Assembly: GCF_001194135.2 (NCBI RefSeq)
Contig: NC_069000.1
Coordinates: 18,874,060-18,938,059, forward strand
Length of the DNA: 64,000 nt
Direction of reading: 5' to 3'
DNA from: Octopus bimaculoides
Taxonomy: Eukaryota
Positions 11,761-25,498 of the stretch are shown here, one piece after another. Every line of letters begins with the position of its first letter. Position 1 is the first letter of the stretch. The notes beneath the pieces are model-generated. The model did not search any database. It worked only from the letters and a program-made list of their open reading frames with translations, and had not been told where the DNA came from. A program made the translations under genes and the position numbers.

Positions 11761-12991
11761 ATATTCCTAAGAAATTCTTTACTTACAAATGTTTTCTATT
11801 TAACAACTAGATTTGTCTTAAGATATAAATAGATAATTACTTTAGGACATTTCCGATTCATTAGTTTTATATGCATTTGCAAGGTCATCATTGAAAGGAT
11901 ACTGCTACACAAATCAAAAAGTAATCCTATTTCAAATGAATTATGCTATAACAAAACAAAATTATTTTATAAATGAAAATGAAATTATGTAGCCATTTAA
12001 CTTGATATAAGCATCCTTTATATTCATATATTTATTTATATTAAAGATTAACAGAAAACATATTTGGCTGACAATGACAACAGTTTCAACAACTTTTCAG
12101 GTTTTTTTTTATTGCACATCCTCTTTTTAAGTAGATTTAGTCCAAATCACTATACAACACAATCTGTGTATAAAGAGAACAACGAACCTTAATGAAAATA
12201 GATGTGTCTGTTTGGTGAGCATAATAGTCTGTTTCATGAATGATGATTAAGAAGAGGAGCTAATGAACTACCCTAAAATAAAAATTCCTGATATAGTAAT
12301 ATTCTATAAAAGAAGCGTAAAGGTAATACTGAAACAAGCTATAATAATTTGTTATTTGAAAGTAAAACAGTGTGAATCTAAAACAAATTTCTGTGTGTAT
12401 ATTGCTGAATTTACAGCTTTTAAAGCCCAGGATACTAACATGTTTCATTGGTGCACAAATTCCATTTCCAAGTTTAAGAAATCATCTGAGGACGGATGGG
12501 GAGAGTAAAAATAGATAATAAGCATTCCAATGGAAATATATATTTTAGAGCCATTTTCATTACACTAAAATTAAATCTGAAGAAATCATTAAATTTAAAA
12601 ATAACCTATCACATACAATTTAAATGAGATTAAAATGACAAAATAAAATACAAGATTAATTGAAAAACTAAAGGTTAAAAGGAATGATTATACTAAAGGG
12701 ACCAACATACAATCTCATTTTACACATTACAAATTTGTAATCTTTTCTTATGCAATCTCATTCCATGGCCTATAAATTTGTAATCTAACACAATCATGTT
12801 TTCATCTCTGTAACCTTTTCTTACACAATCACATTCCATACCCTGTAAACTTTTGTCCTCATACAATCTCACCACACACCTTGTAATGTGTTGTATCTAA
12901 GTGATAAATTGTTATCTTATTTACTGAAATAAGCTATAATTCCAGCCAAATATAAAGATATTTCACTGACAGGAAAACTACTGTTAATTAC

Positions 12992-13105
12992 CCAATAATA
13001 TTGTAGATAATTATATTCAAACGTTCGCTTTTTTCCTTTTATATCTGAAATGGTTGGTTTGTTGGTATGGTTGACACTTCTCACTTGAGATGTCTTCTTC
13101 ACATC
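12992..13105 (-). CDS. Candidate 114-nt internal exon (DVKKTSQVRSVNHTNKPTISDIKGKKRTFEYNYLQYYW)
   Basis: Acceptor cttttagtatactag, donor gtaatt, phase 0-0, open frame. Confidence 0.3.
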
Positions 13106-13229
13106 CTAGTATACTAAAAGACTGTTACCAACTAGTCTTTAAGTGAAAGACTAAAGATATTTAATGGGAGTTATTCTCAATAACATTGCACCAAGGATCA
13201 CATGTTTGGAGATGTGACAGTAATAAGAG

Positions 13230-13420
13230 TTTCAAACTTTGGCACAAGGCCAGCAATTCTGGGGAAGAAGCTAAGTCGATTACATCAACTCCAGTGTTCA
13301 ATTGGTACTTATTTTATTGACCCCCAAAAGGATGAAAGGCAAAGTTGACTTTGGCAGAATTTGAACTCAGAACATAAAAATGGACGAAATGCAGTTAAGT
13401 ATTTTGTTTGTCATGCTAAT
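13230..13420 (-). mobile_element. SINE family 2
   Basis: Reverse complement of ctgagttcaaattctgcc...ctttgcctttcatcc...aagtacca. Confidence 0.8.
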
Positions 13421-13690
13421 GAAGCAACTCAGTTTAATTATATTATGCTCATAACCAATACTATTTGCTTAAAAAAAAAAAGAGTCTAATTGTTCCACAT
13501 ATAGTTATTTAGAGATATGGTCTTCACCTCCATGCAGCTATTAGTTATTACTTGTTATCTGATTTAGTCTTCACAACATTAACTATGTAAATCATAAATA
13601 AATAATGGCAGGGGACAACAGGACAGAACACAAAAAACAAGAAAGAAATGAAATCTATTCTGTTCATCAAACAACTTCATGTCATCACAG

Positions 13691-13888
13691 TCATTACCAT
13701 GGGGTGTGACTGAGCACACCGTTTGTTCCAGGGAGTGTGGCACATTGTCCCCTTCCTCACAATCTTCTGCTGCTTTACCCCCCATTTTTTTTTTGCTTCT
13801 TTGTATTTTGAATGTTATAATTTACAATGTGATCAGAAGTATAATTGTCTGTAGAAATAAAGATTTTTTTCAGTTGTTAAGTGATTAA
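13691..13888 (+). CDS. Candidate terminal exon with Cys motif, Ser-rich spacer and hydrophobic tail
   Basis: After tcatgtcatcacag: SLPWGVTEHTVCSRECGTLSPSSQSSAALPPIFFLLLCILNVIIYNVIRSIIVCRNKDFFQLLSD*. The antisense frame is also open, so the strand is uncertain. Confidence 0.25.
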   Translation, partial: SLPWGVTEHTVCSRECGTLSPSSQSSAALPPIFFLLLCILNVIIYNVIRSIIVCRNKDFFQLLSD

Positions 13889-14221
13889 CTTTCAACTTCA
13901 AACTTGAGCAAATACTCCATTGCCGAGGGCCATTCCTGCTTTATGATTGAATGATTAATGTTAAGGAATTTATCTGGCTATGGCATTAAACTGTGACAAC
14001 TCAAGCAAAATCCAAAATTACTTACCATGCTATTACATGCAAGCTAGAGGCAAGAAAAGGATAGGATGGATGTAGGGTGATTTAAATATGTTTTGTTTTG
14101 TTTTATACAAAATTTAAAACATGCAGAAGAAATTACCAGAATATTTTATTGGCAATTTACAGTAGATGTAATTTATTTTAACTGTGGATAAGCTTGAAAA
14201 GAGCATTGAAGAGAGAGGGGG

Positions 14222-14255
14222 GAGCGAGAGAGAGAGAGAGTGAGAGTGAGTGTGT

Positions 14256-14324
<69 letters not shown>
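14222..14324. repeat. (GA)n/(GT)n microsatellite
   Basis: Seen directly. Confidence 0.95.
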
Positions 14325-14325
<1 letters not shown>

Positions 14326-14689
14326 ATGCACACTTATATTGCTGTATTATGTTTTTTATTTTTCCAAGCTATTGTTGAAAGGACAGGTCTGCAAATACGA
14401 CATATTTCCATTCCCCTGTGTTTGTTTTAATATCTGTTCCATGCTAGCAAGGGTTAGACAGTGAGGTATTTCATGTAGAATTTTTATGGCCTGATGCACT
14501 CTTCCTTACTAGATTTTTGAGAAAAGAAATTTTAACTCTAGAGGAATTTGAAAGTGCAGAGGTAGCAGGCAATCTGTTGACAGGAAATGTCAATAAATGT
14601 CACAGATGGTGATGTCATTACTCGCTACAAATGGTGACATTACTGTCTAGAGTGTAGCTCACCACAATTTGTACACATTGATGTACACA

Positions 14690-14830
14690 CACACATATAT
14701 ATCTATACCATATATATTTAGATACACAGTTTCCGTCTACCAGATTCCTGAACAAATCATCGATCAGCTTGGGATTATAGTAGAAGATGCTTATGACACT
14801 GTGCAGTGGTACTGAACTCAAAGTTCTGTG
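14690..14830 (-). mobile_element. Decayed SINE family 1 fragment
   Basis: cagtttccgtctaccagattc...ctatagtagaagatgctt...gtggtactgaac matches the reverse complement of the family head. Confidence 0.6.
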
Positions 14831-16269
14831 CATGAGAAGCAAACTTATTGACCAGGAATATATATTTTACACTGATCAGAGATGCAGCACAGAATTTTGT
14901 CAGTGAACAGGTCGTGGTCTCAAAGCAATGAAAATATTTTGACAAATTAAATTTAAATGTTGAAGTGAATCTAACGGTTTTTGCGTGTTTCTTAAATGGC
15001 TTATAAACACCTTCCACGCTGCAATTGCTAATATAACAATTTAATTAAAAATTAAAACTTGCAGAAAGAAAGAAAATATGTCAACTAAAGAGTCATGTAA
15101 CTTTGTTAGCTCTTTGGAGCAGCTATGATAACATTTTAGCACAGCTTCTACACTTACAGTCATAAATAATTTCAGAGCAAATCGAAATTCTTCAAATTGC
15201 TTGTTCAACAGTTATGTGTGTGTTTACGTACACACATATATGATTTGAAAAGTAATAAAAAAAATTTGCTTTCATTTAGATAGAATTTGTTCCAATTCAA
15301 TCTTGAATACAGACGCACATAGTGTTTTTAATGTGTAATTGATGAGTGATGTCTTTATAAAAATGTCCATCAATATACATGCATGACTGCATATACATTG
15401 AATATCCTACTGACCTCCATATGACATGGAACCTAATGGAAAATAGGATTTCCATACTGGAATTCCATGTTAAGGAAACATTTTCAGGAATCCAGCATTC
15501 CCATGTGGAGGTGCCTATCCGTGTTTTCTTTGTATTGTCTATCTGTATGTTTTGTCCCTTTCTTGTATCACCTAACTGCCTGGATGTTTTGCGTCTTTGT
15601 CCCATTCTGTATTATATATATATATACACACACACACATACACCTGCACGTGTACACACACACATGCACATAAACACACACTCATACAATGTTGTTCAGA
15701 AATAACTGTCAACTTTAAAGTAGGCTTATTATTGGAAGAAGGAAAATAAATTCTCGAAAATAAACCATTAAAAAGGAAAGGAAAACACAAGTAGTATTCT
15801 TTGATAATGGTATGTTGTTGATAGCTTTAGTCTGAATGACTGAACAAAGTAATTGAAGTTAACAGGTTGCTTTGTGCTAAATGATGTGGAAAAGCACTAT
15901 GCAATAGATTATTGTTAAGCTCTATTCTCATATATTTTGATGTTAGTCTAATATTTTCTGTCATACAGAGTATTTTAACAGCGTGGTATGAGATTTATAA
16001 AATACTACTGTGATATGTATAAAATCCTAATATCAGATTCTTTGTTTTTAGGAGGAGTTCAACACAATAACCCTTTTATTAATATCAGTTTGAATGAACA
16101 AGCTGATATTAATATTAAAAAAAAACAACAATTACAAAATATGAAAATTATGGATTCAAGTATTAAGCAACAAATGAAAATTAGATTAAATCATATAAAT
16201 CATGAAAGTATGTTTGGATATATTACACAAATATGCTTCTTTTTTTTTTAGCTACTGAAATTTTGTTGT

Positions 16270-16630
16270 TAGGCATGGCTGTGTGGTAAGAAGTTTGCTT
16301 GTTAATCACATGGTTCTAGGTTCAGTCCCACTGTGTGGCACCTTGGGTAAGTGTCTTCAACTGTATCCTTGGGCTGACCAAAGCCTTGTGAATTAACTTG
16401 GTAGACAGAAACTGAAAGAAGCCTGTTGTGAGTGTGTGTCTGTCACCCACCACTACTTGATAACTGGTGTTGGTATTTGTATGTCCCTGTAACTTAGTAG
16501 CTTGGCAAAAGAGACTGATAGAATAAGTACCAGGCTTAAAAAAATAGTATCTGGGTTAATTAATTTGACTAAAATTCTTCAAGGCAATGCTCCAACATGG
16601 CCACAGTCTAATGACTGAAACAAATAAATA
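16270..16630 (+). mobile_element. SINE family 1, near full length
   Basis: ggcatggctgtgtggtaagaagtttgc...ggttcagtcccactg...gactgaaacaaataaata. Confidence 0.85.
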
Positions 16631-18360
16631 ATGAAAGGTAAGATACTGAAATACACTTCGGAAGCTAGACACATTATATCTACTGCAATACACGAGAGAG
16701 TACAGGTGAGCAAATTAATAAGATACTCATCTTTTATCACACCTGATCATTAGTATGGCCTTGTCAGTACAGCAATAACATTTAAATCTCAGACAGCTCA
16801 ATATACAAAGTCATCAACAGATATTTGAGTTGAAACAAATCCTTTCTGTAAACAGCAGCTAAAGTATCAAACTGAAGATTGACATGGTGTCCATTTCAGT
16901 TTCTCCTATGGGGAAAGTTCCCAGTGACAGTTTGGTATCCTAACCAGGGGGATGTTTGTTTCTCATCCCTTCTCTCATAACAGCACAAAACTTGAAGAGG
17001 AGTCCTGAGTGAGCTGTAATGGTTTGTAGAGGGAACACATACAAAAGGTCAATACAACTATTAACACCTAACAATCTATGTGAAATAGAACTGCACAAGA
17101 CTGCATTAGTCAATCAACCCTGATATGCATGATATCACATGAATCATACTGACTTTGTCTACATTCGTTTTGAAGGAACTGAGGAACCTTCAAGTGTCTG
17201 AGCTCCCTCCCTCAATCATTCATTTCTGTTCTGTAACAGAATCATTCATCATGGGACTGGGCTTCTGATTTAGAAAATTTTCAGTAGGATGTTAAGAGTT
17301 AAACATGTAGACCTGGGCTGTGTTCATTCTGAGGTATTTATAAATAATGAAACAAATGCTAAGATTTTAATGGAAATGATATGGTGATGGTGCTAAGTGT
17401 GTGACAAATTATGGTGTGGAAATAAAATAACAGTAGTTAATATGGCAGAAACAAATTATGAACAAAATACAAGGATTGGTAAGAGAGAGGACTGGCAGAT
17501 GCACTGTTAAGTAATAAGCGATACAGAAGCCCAGCAAGCACTAAATATACAGTTCTAGTTAGGTATAGTGCTGTTGTTGTCTCTTACATTTGTAATTTAA
17601 TAAATACATTTATATCTATTAATTAAAAAAATCAGGAAGAAGTAGAAAGAACAAAAAAAATTTGTTTTGAAGTGATAATGTTTTTGGTTTAAATATTTTA
17701 ATAGTGCTTTATTTTTGTACTGCTCTGCCATTGTCAGTTGCAATAAAAAAATAAAAATAAAAAAAAACAATCTCTATAACTGACATTGAATCAATGTCTA
17801 AATTCTAATTAGCATAAATCTGCAAAATATCAGTATCATTTTTACCCCACTACCTCCATATACAAATATTACCATATCATAAAAGAGTTCAAGTCATTAA
17901 AGATGATTATATAGAGACATAAGCTTGAGAAATATTTTCCAGTTTTCATGTTCAAAATCCAAAACGATTTGATAATGTATTATGTAGACTTCACATGTAT
18001 AGTTTGGTATTTAAGACTACTGTTAAGAACATAAACCTTACATATTTAAAATATCAAAAACCATAAAATTGTATCATTAACCTTTGAATGGCAGGAAAGA
18101 CTTACACGAATGTGTGTGATAAATGAACAAAAAGCAAAAAATACCTCTTTTTCTTAGAGATAATTTTTGTACTTATTTTCAGTTTAAATAAGTACAAAAA
18201 TTATAATAATTGTTAGTCCTCATAGAATAAAATGTATAATCTCATTAGTGAAAAGTGCAGTAAAATATTCACTTTCCTTTGCACATCTAGCAGGAGCATA
18301 AATTCATTTGAGATTCCCACATGGTGAAATGAATGTATAATTGGAAAAAAATCTGTTCAC

Positions 18361-18580
18361 TTTTTCCAGCCAGAACTAGTTGAAGCATCACATTGTTATG
18401 TGCTGTGCCATCTAGAACACAATCACCATCCTCATCATCCACCTCATTTGATGATGGGGGTAAGTCAGAAGAAACTTCATTTCTGTACACATTTGCAACT
18501 TGAGTTTTTCCTATTGATAAGGGCCACTTATGCTCAGGTGCATTTGATGAAGTGGATGCCCAGGTGTCAATTGGTGTCCA
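18361..18580 (-). CDS. Candidate exon WTPIDTW...NEVDDEDGDCVLDG...LVLAGK
   Basis: Acceptor cttgtttaacttttaaatag and a 73-codon open frame in non-repeat DNA; the donor (gtgaac) is weak. Confidence 0.35.
18370..18459 (+). CDS. Alternative candidate 90-nt exon on the opposite strand (PELVEASHCYVLCHLEHNHHPHHPPHLMMG)
   Basis: Acceptor ctgttcactttttccag, consensus donor GGG|gtaagt, phase 0-0, open frame. Confidence 0.3.
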
Positions 18581-18719
18581 CTATTTAAAAGTTAAACAAG
18601 TTTCCAAGGGGTTGGATTGGCACAGTTGTTAGAGAACTAGAAAACATCCTTGAGGTATTTGTTCCAGTGCTTTAAGTTCTGAGTTCAAATTCTACTGTAA
18701 TCAACTTTGGTTTTCATCC

Positions 18720-21700
18720 TTTTGGATGAAGTTGGTGGAGAGATGAGGAAATGGCAAACTGGAGGAGTATGAGTAATAGGTAGATGAGAGGGGGAGTGAG
18801 GATACAAGGTAAGACAGCAGCAAAGGTAGGTTTGGTAGGGTATGTTTTGTATGGGTAGATGGGTCTCCTGCAGTTTGCATATTGCTTATCTGTATGGCAC
18901 TTTCTTATCACTTCCTTGAGGTGCAGCACCTCCAGATCAGCCTTCACTATTTTATCCCAAGTCTTCTTTGGTCTCCCTCTCGATTGGAGTGTTTGGCACT
19001 TCCATATGTAGCAGGCTGAACTAGATTCCTCCTACACACAGTTTCTCTCAGCTGACTTGTACTCTGACATTGAAGCATACTAAATTTACACAACCATCCA
19101 AACATGACTATTATATAATCTACCTTTCACCTGCCAATAGTGGTATTCTTCCAATCCATCCTTACCCTGGCTACTATACTTTCAGAACAACTACCTCCCC
19201 TGCTAGTTATGTTAGCTAGACAACAGAAGCTATCAACTACATCCAGTGAACCAGCTGGACATTTATTTCTGGTAAGCTCTCAGTACATATGGCTCTGGTA
19301 CATCTGCTACACACAAATCTTTCTTTCTCTGTGGGCTTGCCTTCATTCCATAATATCTGTATCATTAGCATACACTGGGTATGGTATTTGGAGTTTATAC
19401 TTAACAAGTAAGACCATTTCCCTGACAATACCAGGTCCTGTTTCTTTTCTTATTATTAACACTGCAGTTTTTTTGCTAAATTCATCTTGAGGCCTCTTGA
19501 TTCTGAATTTTATTTCTATGTCTGAAATTTCTTCAGATTCAACTATAAGAAATAGATCATCAGCATATAAGAGCTCCCACAGGCAGCTGGCCTTTAATTC
19601 CTCTGTGGTGGCATCAACACTGAACTAACAGTTGATTCTCACAGGCCATTTATCTACACCTGGCTCTGTTATGAACCACCAAATCACTGCATGTCAAACG
19701 CTGCCAAAGGACTCATCCAAGTTGACTAATGCCAAATATAGTGGTTTAGTGTTAGCTAAATATTTCTCCAGTAGATACCTCACTAGGAAAATTACATTTG
19801 TGGTATCAATTCCTGACACTGAACTACATCTCATCTAGGTCTACTCTGTCATGGATCAATTGTGTTATAAATTTCTCCATGACCTACATAAGCTTGGTTC
19901 AACAATTTTAATCCTTTATAATTTACTCTCCTTAAAAGCATCTCTTTTGCCCTTTTAGCCAATTACAATGATACTGCTATGCCTGTCACTGAGTATGACA
20001 CCTTCCTATATTACTTGATTAACTATTCAAATGAATATCAAGCATCCTGCTTTGATTATCAAATATCTTATTTTGATTATCTCAATGATTATCCTTCATG
20101 AATCAGCAGCTTTCTCTATCTTCATGTCTTTAACTTCTGGTTCCTCTATATCATCAACATGAAACAGCCCCTCTTTCTCCTATGCATTATCCTTGTTTAA
20201 CATAATAGCACTGCTTCTATGCCAATTTCTTGTCCTCCACAGCAATGGTGTAGGTGCCTTCATAAGTTTGGATACACTTCTCCCCAGACATCTTGGCTCT
20301 CTCTAACACACTGTCTCACAATCCTGAATACACCATACCTCTGATCTTCACATTGCAGAACATAATACATACACACACACACATATATATATGTATATAT
20401 ATATATATATATACTTTTCTGCTTCTTCCTCAGTCTGCCTTTCTAACTACTTGAAAATGCTTTCTATTACCTTTCTTCCAGGCTTTCCAAGCTTGTTTCT
20501 TTGCTTTTATAGAACTATCTACTAAGCTATCACTTTTTGCTCGGCTGGAAAACTGCACTAGCAACATGTTTTATATGTAGCCATTAGTAGGTTATCTAGA
20601 GGAACTCCCAATTGTCATGTATGCTAAAAGTATCTAATTCCTTTTCATTACAGTCATATGTGTCAATTAGAACTTCTCTAAACCAATGACCAACTGCAAG
20701 ACCTTTTAGCTTCCATGCCTTCCTTCTCCATATTTCTGTTTCTGAATTTGCCTAGTTCTGATTCAAAAGCCATAAGCCACTAATCTGTGAAGATTAATGC
20801 ATTTGTCATAGGGAAAGGTTTTGATATTTCCAATGATTTCTTGATAAGAATGCTCACCAGAGGTGATGAGATGGTGGGTTGGTTTCTCAAAGTGTGTGTA
20901 GCCAATTGGCAAATCAAGTTGCATCACAGAAGTCCAGGAGCCTTACACCCTTACACCATTTCTTGTACCATAGCCATTACTTCCAGGAATATCAAAGGAA
21001 GTCATCATTGCGTTGACTGGCACGGTAGTTAAAGTCACCAACCATGATAATGAAGTTACTGCTGTTCATTGCTGAGGTAGCCTAAGGTCATATAGATATG
21101 GTCTTTCTGTTTGTCAGTCAAACCTGACTGTAGAGTGTACACATAAATAAATGTTGAGTTGTACAAAGCTGATCTCAGTTTAACTATAGTATAGCAAGTC
21201 TGATTACCTCAATTACTCTATCCATCTGATCCTCAACTGACAAGTATGTCTACCATACACTCTGGTTTCTCCTCACACTGAGTGGATAAATCCTTCGCCT
21301 ATCATACACCTACCATCACTTTTACACACCCAGAAAAGTTTGTCTTTGCTGCTTCTTGCCTGTGAAGAGTTTCACTAAGTATCCTTTCCATCTTGCACAA
21401 ATCCACTCCTCTCTGCTCACCAGCATCTTCACAATCTCAACTTTTGTCGAGCCTGTGTTGATACCCAGAAACTTCAGAACTGACAAGTAGTGGGAGTATT
21501 TTCAATGAGAAATGTGTTGGTTGCTGTTTGAAGATGTCTGCATCTATAGGGAAGAGGAAAGCTTGTTGGGATTTGCCAACCACAGGAAGATTCACATTCA
21601 TGGTCTGTTTGTTTGTTTTTTTTTATTAAATTTACATCATTCACCTTTTTCTCACTGTATATCCTACTCTAAGTGTCATTTGTTACTTTCATTGATTAAT
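18720..21700 (-). mobile_element. Decayed RTE-clade LINE (EN and RT remnants)
   Basis: RT motif LWELLYADDL at about 19554-19590 (reverse complement); APE-endonuclease-like start near 21400-21600; many stops and deletions. Confidence 0.8.
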
Positions 21701-21711
21701 ATTATATAAAT

Positions 21712-21900
21712 TTGAAGGTGTCGAACTGGCAGAATTGTTAGTACACCGGGAAAAATGTTTAATGGAGTTTTGTTTGTCCTTATGTTCTGAGTTCAAATTC
21801 TGCTGGGGTAGACTTTGCCTTTCATCTTTTCGGAGGTCGATAAAACAAGTACCAGTTGAACATTGGGGTTGATTTAATCAGCTTCGCCCTTCCCCCAAAT
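21712..21900 (+). mobile_element. SINE family 2
   Basis: aaggtgtcgaactggcagaattgttag...ctgagttcaaattctgc. Confidence 0.8.
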
Positions 21901-21933
21901 CCAAGATGACTTATTTTAGTATTATCAGACATA

Positions 21934-22713
21934 CAGGGTCAGACAAAATAATGGAATTTTGGGATCCTTTCTAACAATTTGCGTAAGAGTCTGACGGTCC
22001 CTATCTGAAAGTTCTGGTTTTCTTTCAACGAGGTTTTTCCCTCTTTCTCAAAGGATGTCATTACTTTTGAGACAACACTTCTTGATACACCAAACATTTC
22101 GGCTGTTTTTGTTACGCTAGTGCCTGCCATACAAGCACCAACAATTTAATGAATTTTAATTACCTTTTTCTGATGACATCCAAAAAGAAACAGCAATTTT
22201 AGAAAAACATATTAAGCAACACTTGTTGTTGGCACTCCATCGCTTACGACGTCGTAGGTTCCAGTTGATCTGATCAATGGAACAGCCTGCTCGTGAAATT
22301 AACGTGCAAGTGGCTGAGCACTCCACAGACACGTGTACCCTTAACGTAGTTCTCGGAGATATTCAGCGTGACACAGTGTGACAAGGCTGACCCTTTGAAT
22401 TACAGGCACAACAGAAACAGGAAAAAAGAGTGAAAGAGTACAACAGGGTTCGCCACCATTCCCTGCCGGAGCCTCATGGAGCTTTAGGTGTTTTTGCTCA
22501 ATAAACACTCACAACACCCGATCTGGGAATTGAAACCGTGATCCTATGACTGCGAGCCCGCTGCCCTAACCCCTGGGTCATTGCGCCTCCACTAAGCAAC
22601 ACTAATAATAAATCAAAAAACATTAAAATAAACAAGCTTTTGATGGTTTTATAGATATTTCAAAATTATTATGTTATGATGCGAGGTGTTTCCATTATTT
22701 TGTCCAACCCCTG
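21934..22713 (-). mobile_element. Internally deleted Tc1-like DNA transposon
   Basis: TIRs cagggtcagacaaaataatggaa / ttccattattttgtccaacccctg, TA on both sides, and an HTH-like ORF MAGTSVTKTAEMFGVSRSVVSKVMTSFEKEGKT. Confidence 0.85.
22224..22592 (-). mobile_element. tRNA-derived SINE family 3, nested in the Tc1 element
   Basis: Head GGAGGCGCAATGACCCAGGGGTTAGGGCAGCGGGCTCGCAGTC...GGTTTCAATTCCC, (CAA)n tail, 11-bp TSD taagcaacact (22213-22223 / 22593-22603). Confidence 0.9.
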
Positions 22714-23195
22714 TATATATCATTAATTAATAATGGTATTATATATAAATAAATGTATATTGTGTTTGTTATGTGGCTGAGTAACATAAATGGAAATGAC
22801 TATATATATAATATATATATAGCAATTTAGATTCCAAGTTTTCTGGATAGCTGAAGAATTGTAGTAGAGACAAGGGACAATTATCTGCAAAATAGATTGG
22901 TGAAAAGATAGCCAATCATTTTCCTATTAACTTAAGACAATAGCAGGAAGCTTTCTCATCAATGATTATATCCACTGTAAAGGATATAAATAAAACTAAC
23001 TAATACTATACGTTTCTTGTATTTTGAATTATGCTTATTCAGCACAATATATATTGTAACTGTTTCTGTTACAGCTAATATGTGTGTATGTTTGTGTATG
23101 CGTGTGTGCACAAAAGTAGACAGTAGAGTACAATGCAGTACTTGGACAAATCAGATACCATCATACACATCTGTATCTTATCTATCTATATATAT

Positions 23196-24179
23196 CATCA
23201 TCATCATCGTTTAACGTCCGCTTTCCATGCTAGCATGGGTTGGACGATTTGACTGCAGATTGGTGGACCAGGTGGCTACACCAGGCTCCAATATGATTTG
23301 GCAGAGTTTCTACAGCTGGATGCCCTTCCTAATGCCAACCACTCCGAGAGTGTAGTGGGTGCTTTTACTTGCCACCGGCACGAAGGCCAGTCAGGAGGTA
23401 CTGGCAACGGCCATGCTCGAAATGGTGTATTTTACATGCCACCTGCACAGGATCCAGTCCAGCAGTACTGGCAACGATCAGCCTCCATCACTTTGTCCTG
23501 TCTTCCTCTTTCAATAGCTCTACCCATATCAAGTGATCAGCACTTCTTTATACAGCTGTCTCCAAACATGCACCATGTCCATACTTGCAGTCTTCTTTCT
23601 TTTACGCTATATCTGATTCCTCTTATACTCAGTTTTTCACATACACATCTAACGGAGTATACTTGCTTCATTTCTTTCCAGTCCATGTCTCACTATCATG
23701 CAGCATTGCATCTCTAACACAAGCATCATATACTCTACCTTTCACTCAAAGGGGGAAAAAGATTTTTGTTTCCAGTAGCGGCAACTTAAACTTCATCCAG
23801 CCCATTCTTCCTCTGGGTACTTAACTTTTGGAACCACCACCTCCCTTGCTAATTATATCTCTTAGGTAACAAAAGCTGTCAACTACCTCTCATGAGCCAA
23901 ACAAGCATTTAAGAGAGACTATTTCTGGTGTACTTATAGTATGTACCGTTCCAATGCCTTCATTACATATGAAGCTTATGTTCTCAGATAATCTGCTTAT
24001 GATTCCACCACACCTTTTGAATTCCCATATCTAACACTGAGTGCAACATATAGAGTTTATACTGACCCCTTATCTGCAAAATGAAGGAAACAAAATTTTG
24101 TGCATGATACAAAATGTATCAAAAAATGAAAGCAATTGCATCATATGAAGAGAGAAAGGTAGGGATAGCATCCTTGAGA

Positions 24180-24180
<1 letters not shown>
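23196..24180 (-). mobile_element. RTE LINE 3' portion with (GAT)n tail
   Basis: catcatcatcgtttaacgtccgctttccatgctagc... followed by decayed RT C-terminal sequence. Confidence 0.75.
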
Positions 24181-24185
<5 letters not shown>

Positions 24186-24235
<50 letters not shown>

Positions 24236-24634
24236 NNNNNNNNNNNNNNNNNNNNNNNNNNNNNNNNNNNNNNNNNNNNNNNNNNNNNNNNNNNNNNNNN
24301 NNNNNNNNNNNNNNNNNNNNNNNNNNNNNNNNNNNNNNNNNNNNNNNNNNNNNNNNNNNNNNNNNNNNNNNNNNNNNNNNNNNNNNNNNNNNNNNNNNNN
24401 NNNNNNNNNNNNNNNNNNNNNNNNNNNNNNNNNNNNNNNNNNNNNNNNNNNNNNNNNNNNNNNNNNNNNNNNNNNNNNNNNNNNNNNNNNNNNNNNNNNN
24501 NNNNNNNNNNNNNNNNNNNNNNNNNNNNNNNNNNNNNNNNNNNNNNNNNNNNNNNNNNNNNNNNNNNNNNNNNNNNNNNNNNNNNNNNNNNNNNNNNNNN
24601 NNNNNNNNNNNNNNNNNNNNNNNNNNNNNNNNNN

Positions 24635-24679
<45 letters not shown>
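24186..24679. repeat. (GA)n microsatellite spanning an N gap
   Basis: Seen directly. Confidence 0.9.
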
Positions 24680-24683
<4 letters not shown>

Positions 24684-25447
24684 ACAGGTAAAGAGTAGAT
24701 TTGTTGGTCAAAATTTGAGTTATTTCTTGTGGTAAATTATACTTTTTGATTATTATTTATGGACAACCCTTAATAAAGGATGCAAATTTTGAAAATTAAA
24801 TTCATTTTTCTCAAGGATGCACTGTTTCAGAGCCTTTTGGGGCTAAACACACATACATAACTACATATATTCTTAATTATATAATATATATAGGTTAGTG
24901 TCAGGTAACATGGACTCCAATGCAACCCTTTTGCATGGCCGAGTCATTGGCAACTATACCAGAACTCCTAGTAGGAAAGCATGGTGAGGAGAGTTGCTAG
25001 AAACCCATTAAGACTAAGAATATGATCTGTAAAGGCAACATGTAAACCCAATAGTATGGCCACTCACAAATTTCATATAGATGGCCAGTGTGCAGGAAGA
25101 GCACTGGGTATGAGGCACCCCTCAACTTTTGTTAAAGCATGTCTCTAGGAGGTCATTCTGATATAAAACCAGATATGCAGGGAATATTGGACATTTTGGA
25201 GATCTTTTGCCTGCGCTTGAGATCATGGCACAGGCCTGATCTGCAACCCATACTGCTACTAGATACCCTGCCTTGGCTTGTCTCTGGCTCATGTCAACAG
25301 GGTGGAGAGGGCCTTATGATCTATTCGATCTAAAAAGTTTTGCACTGGCATTGCTTTGTCAGTGATGGCCATACTCATTTACAAGTTGACAGTATCATAT
25401 ACATATGTATATGTGTGGGCATGCATATATATTTATATATATATACA

Positions 25448-25466
25448 CACACACATGTATGTGTGT

Positions 25467-25498
<32 letters not shown>

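Noticed and set aside
24070-24711. Long ORFs of 194-213 aa
   Set aside because: Made of (GA)n and N runs; artefacts.
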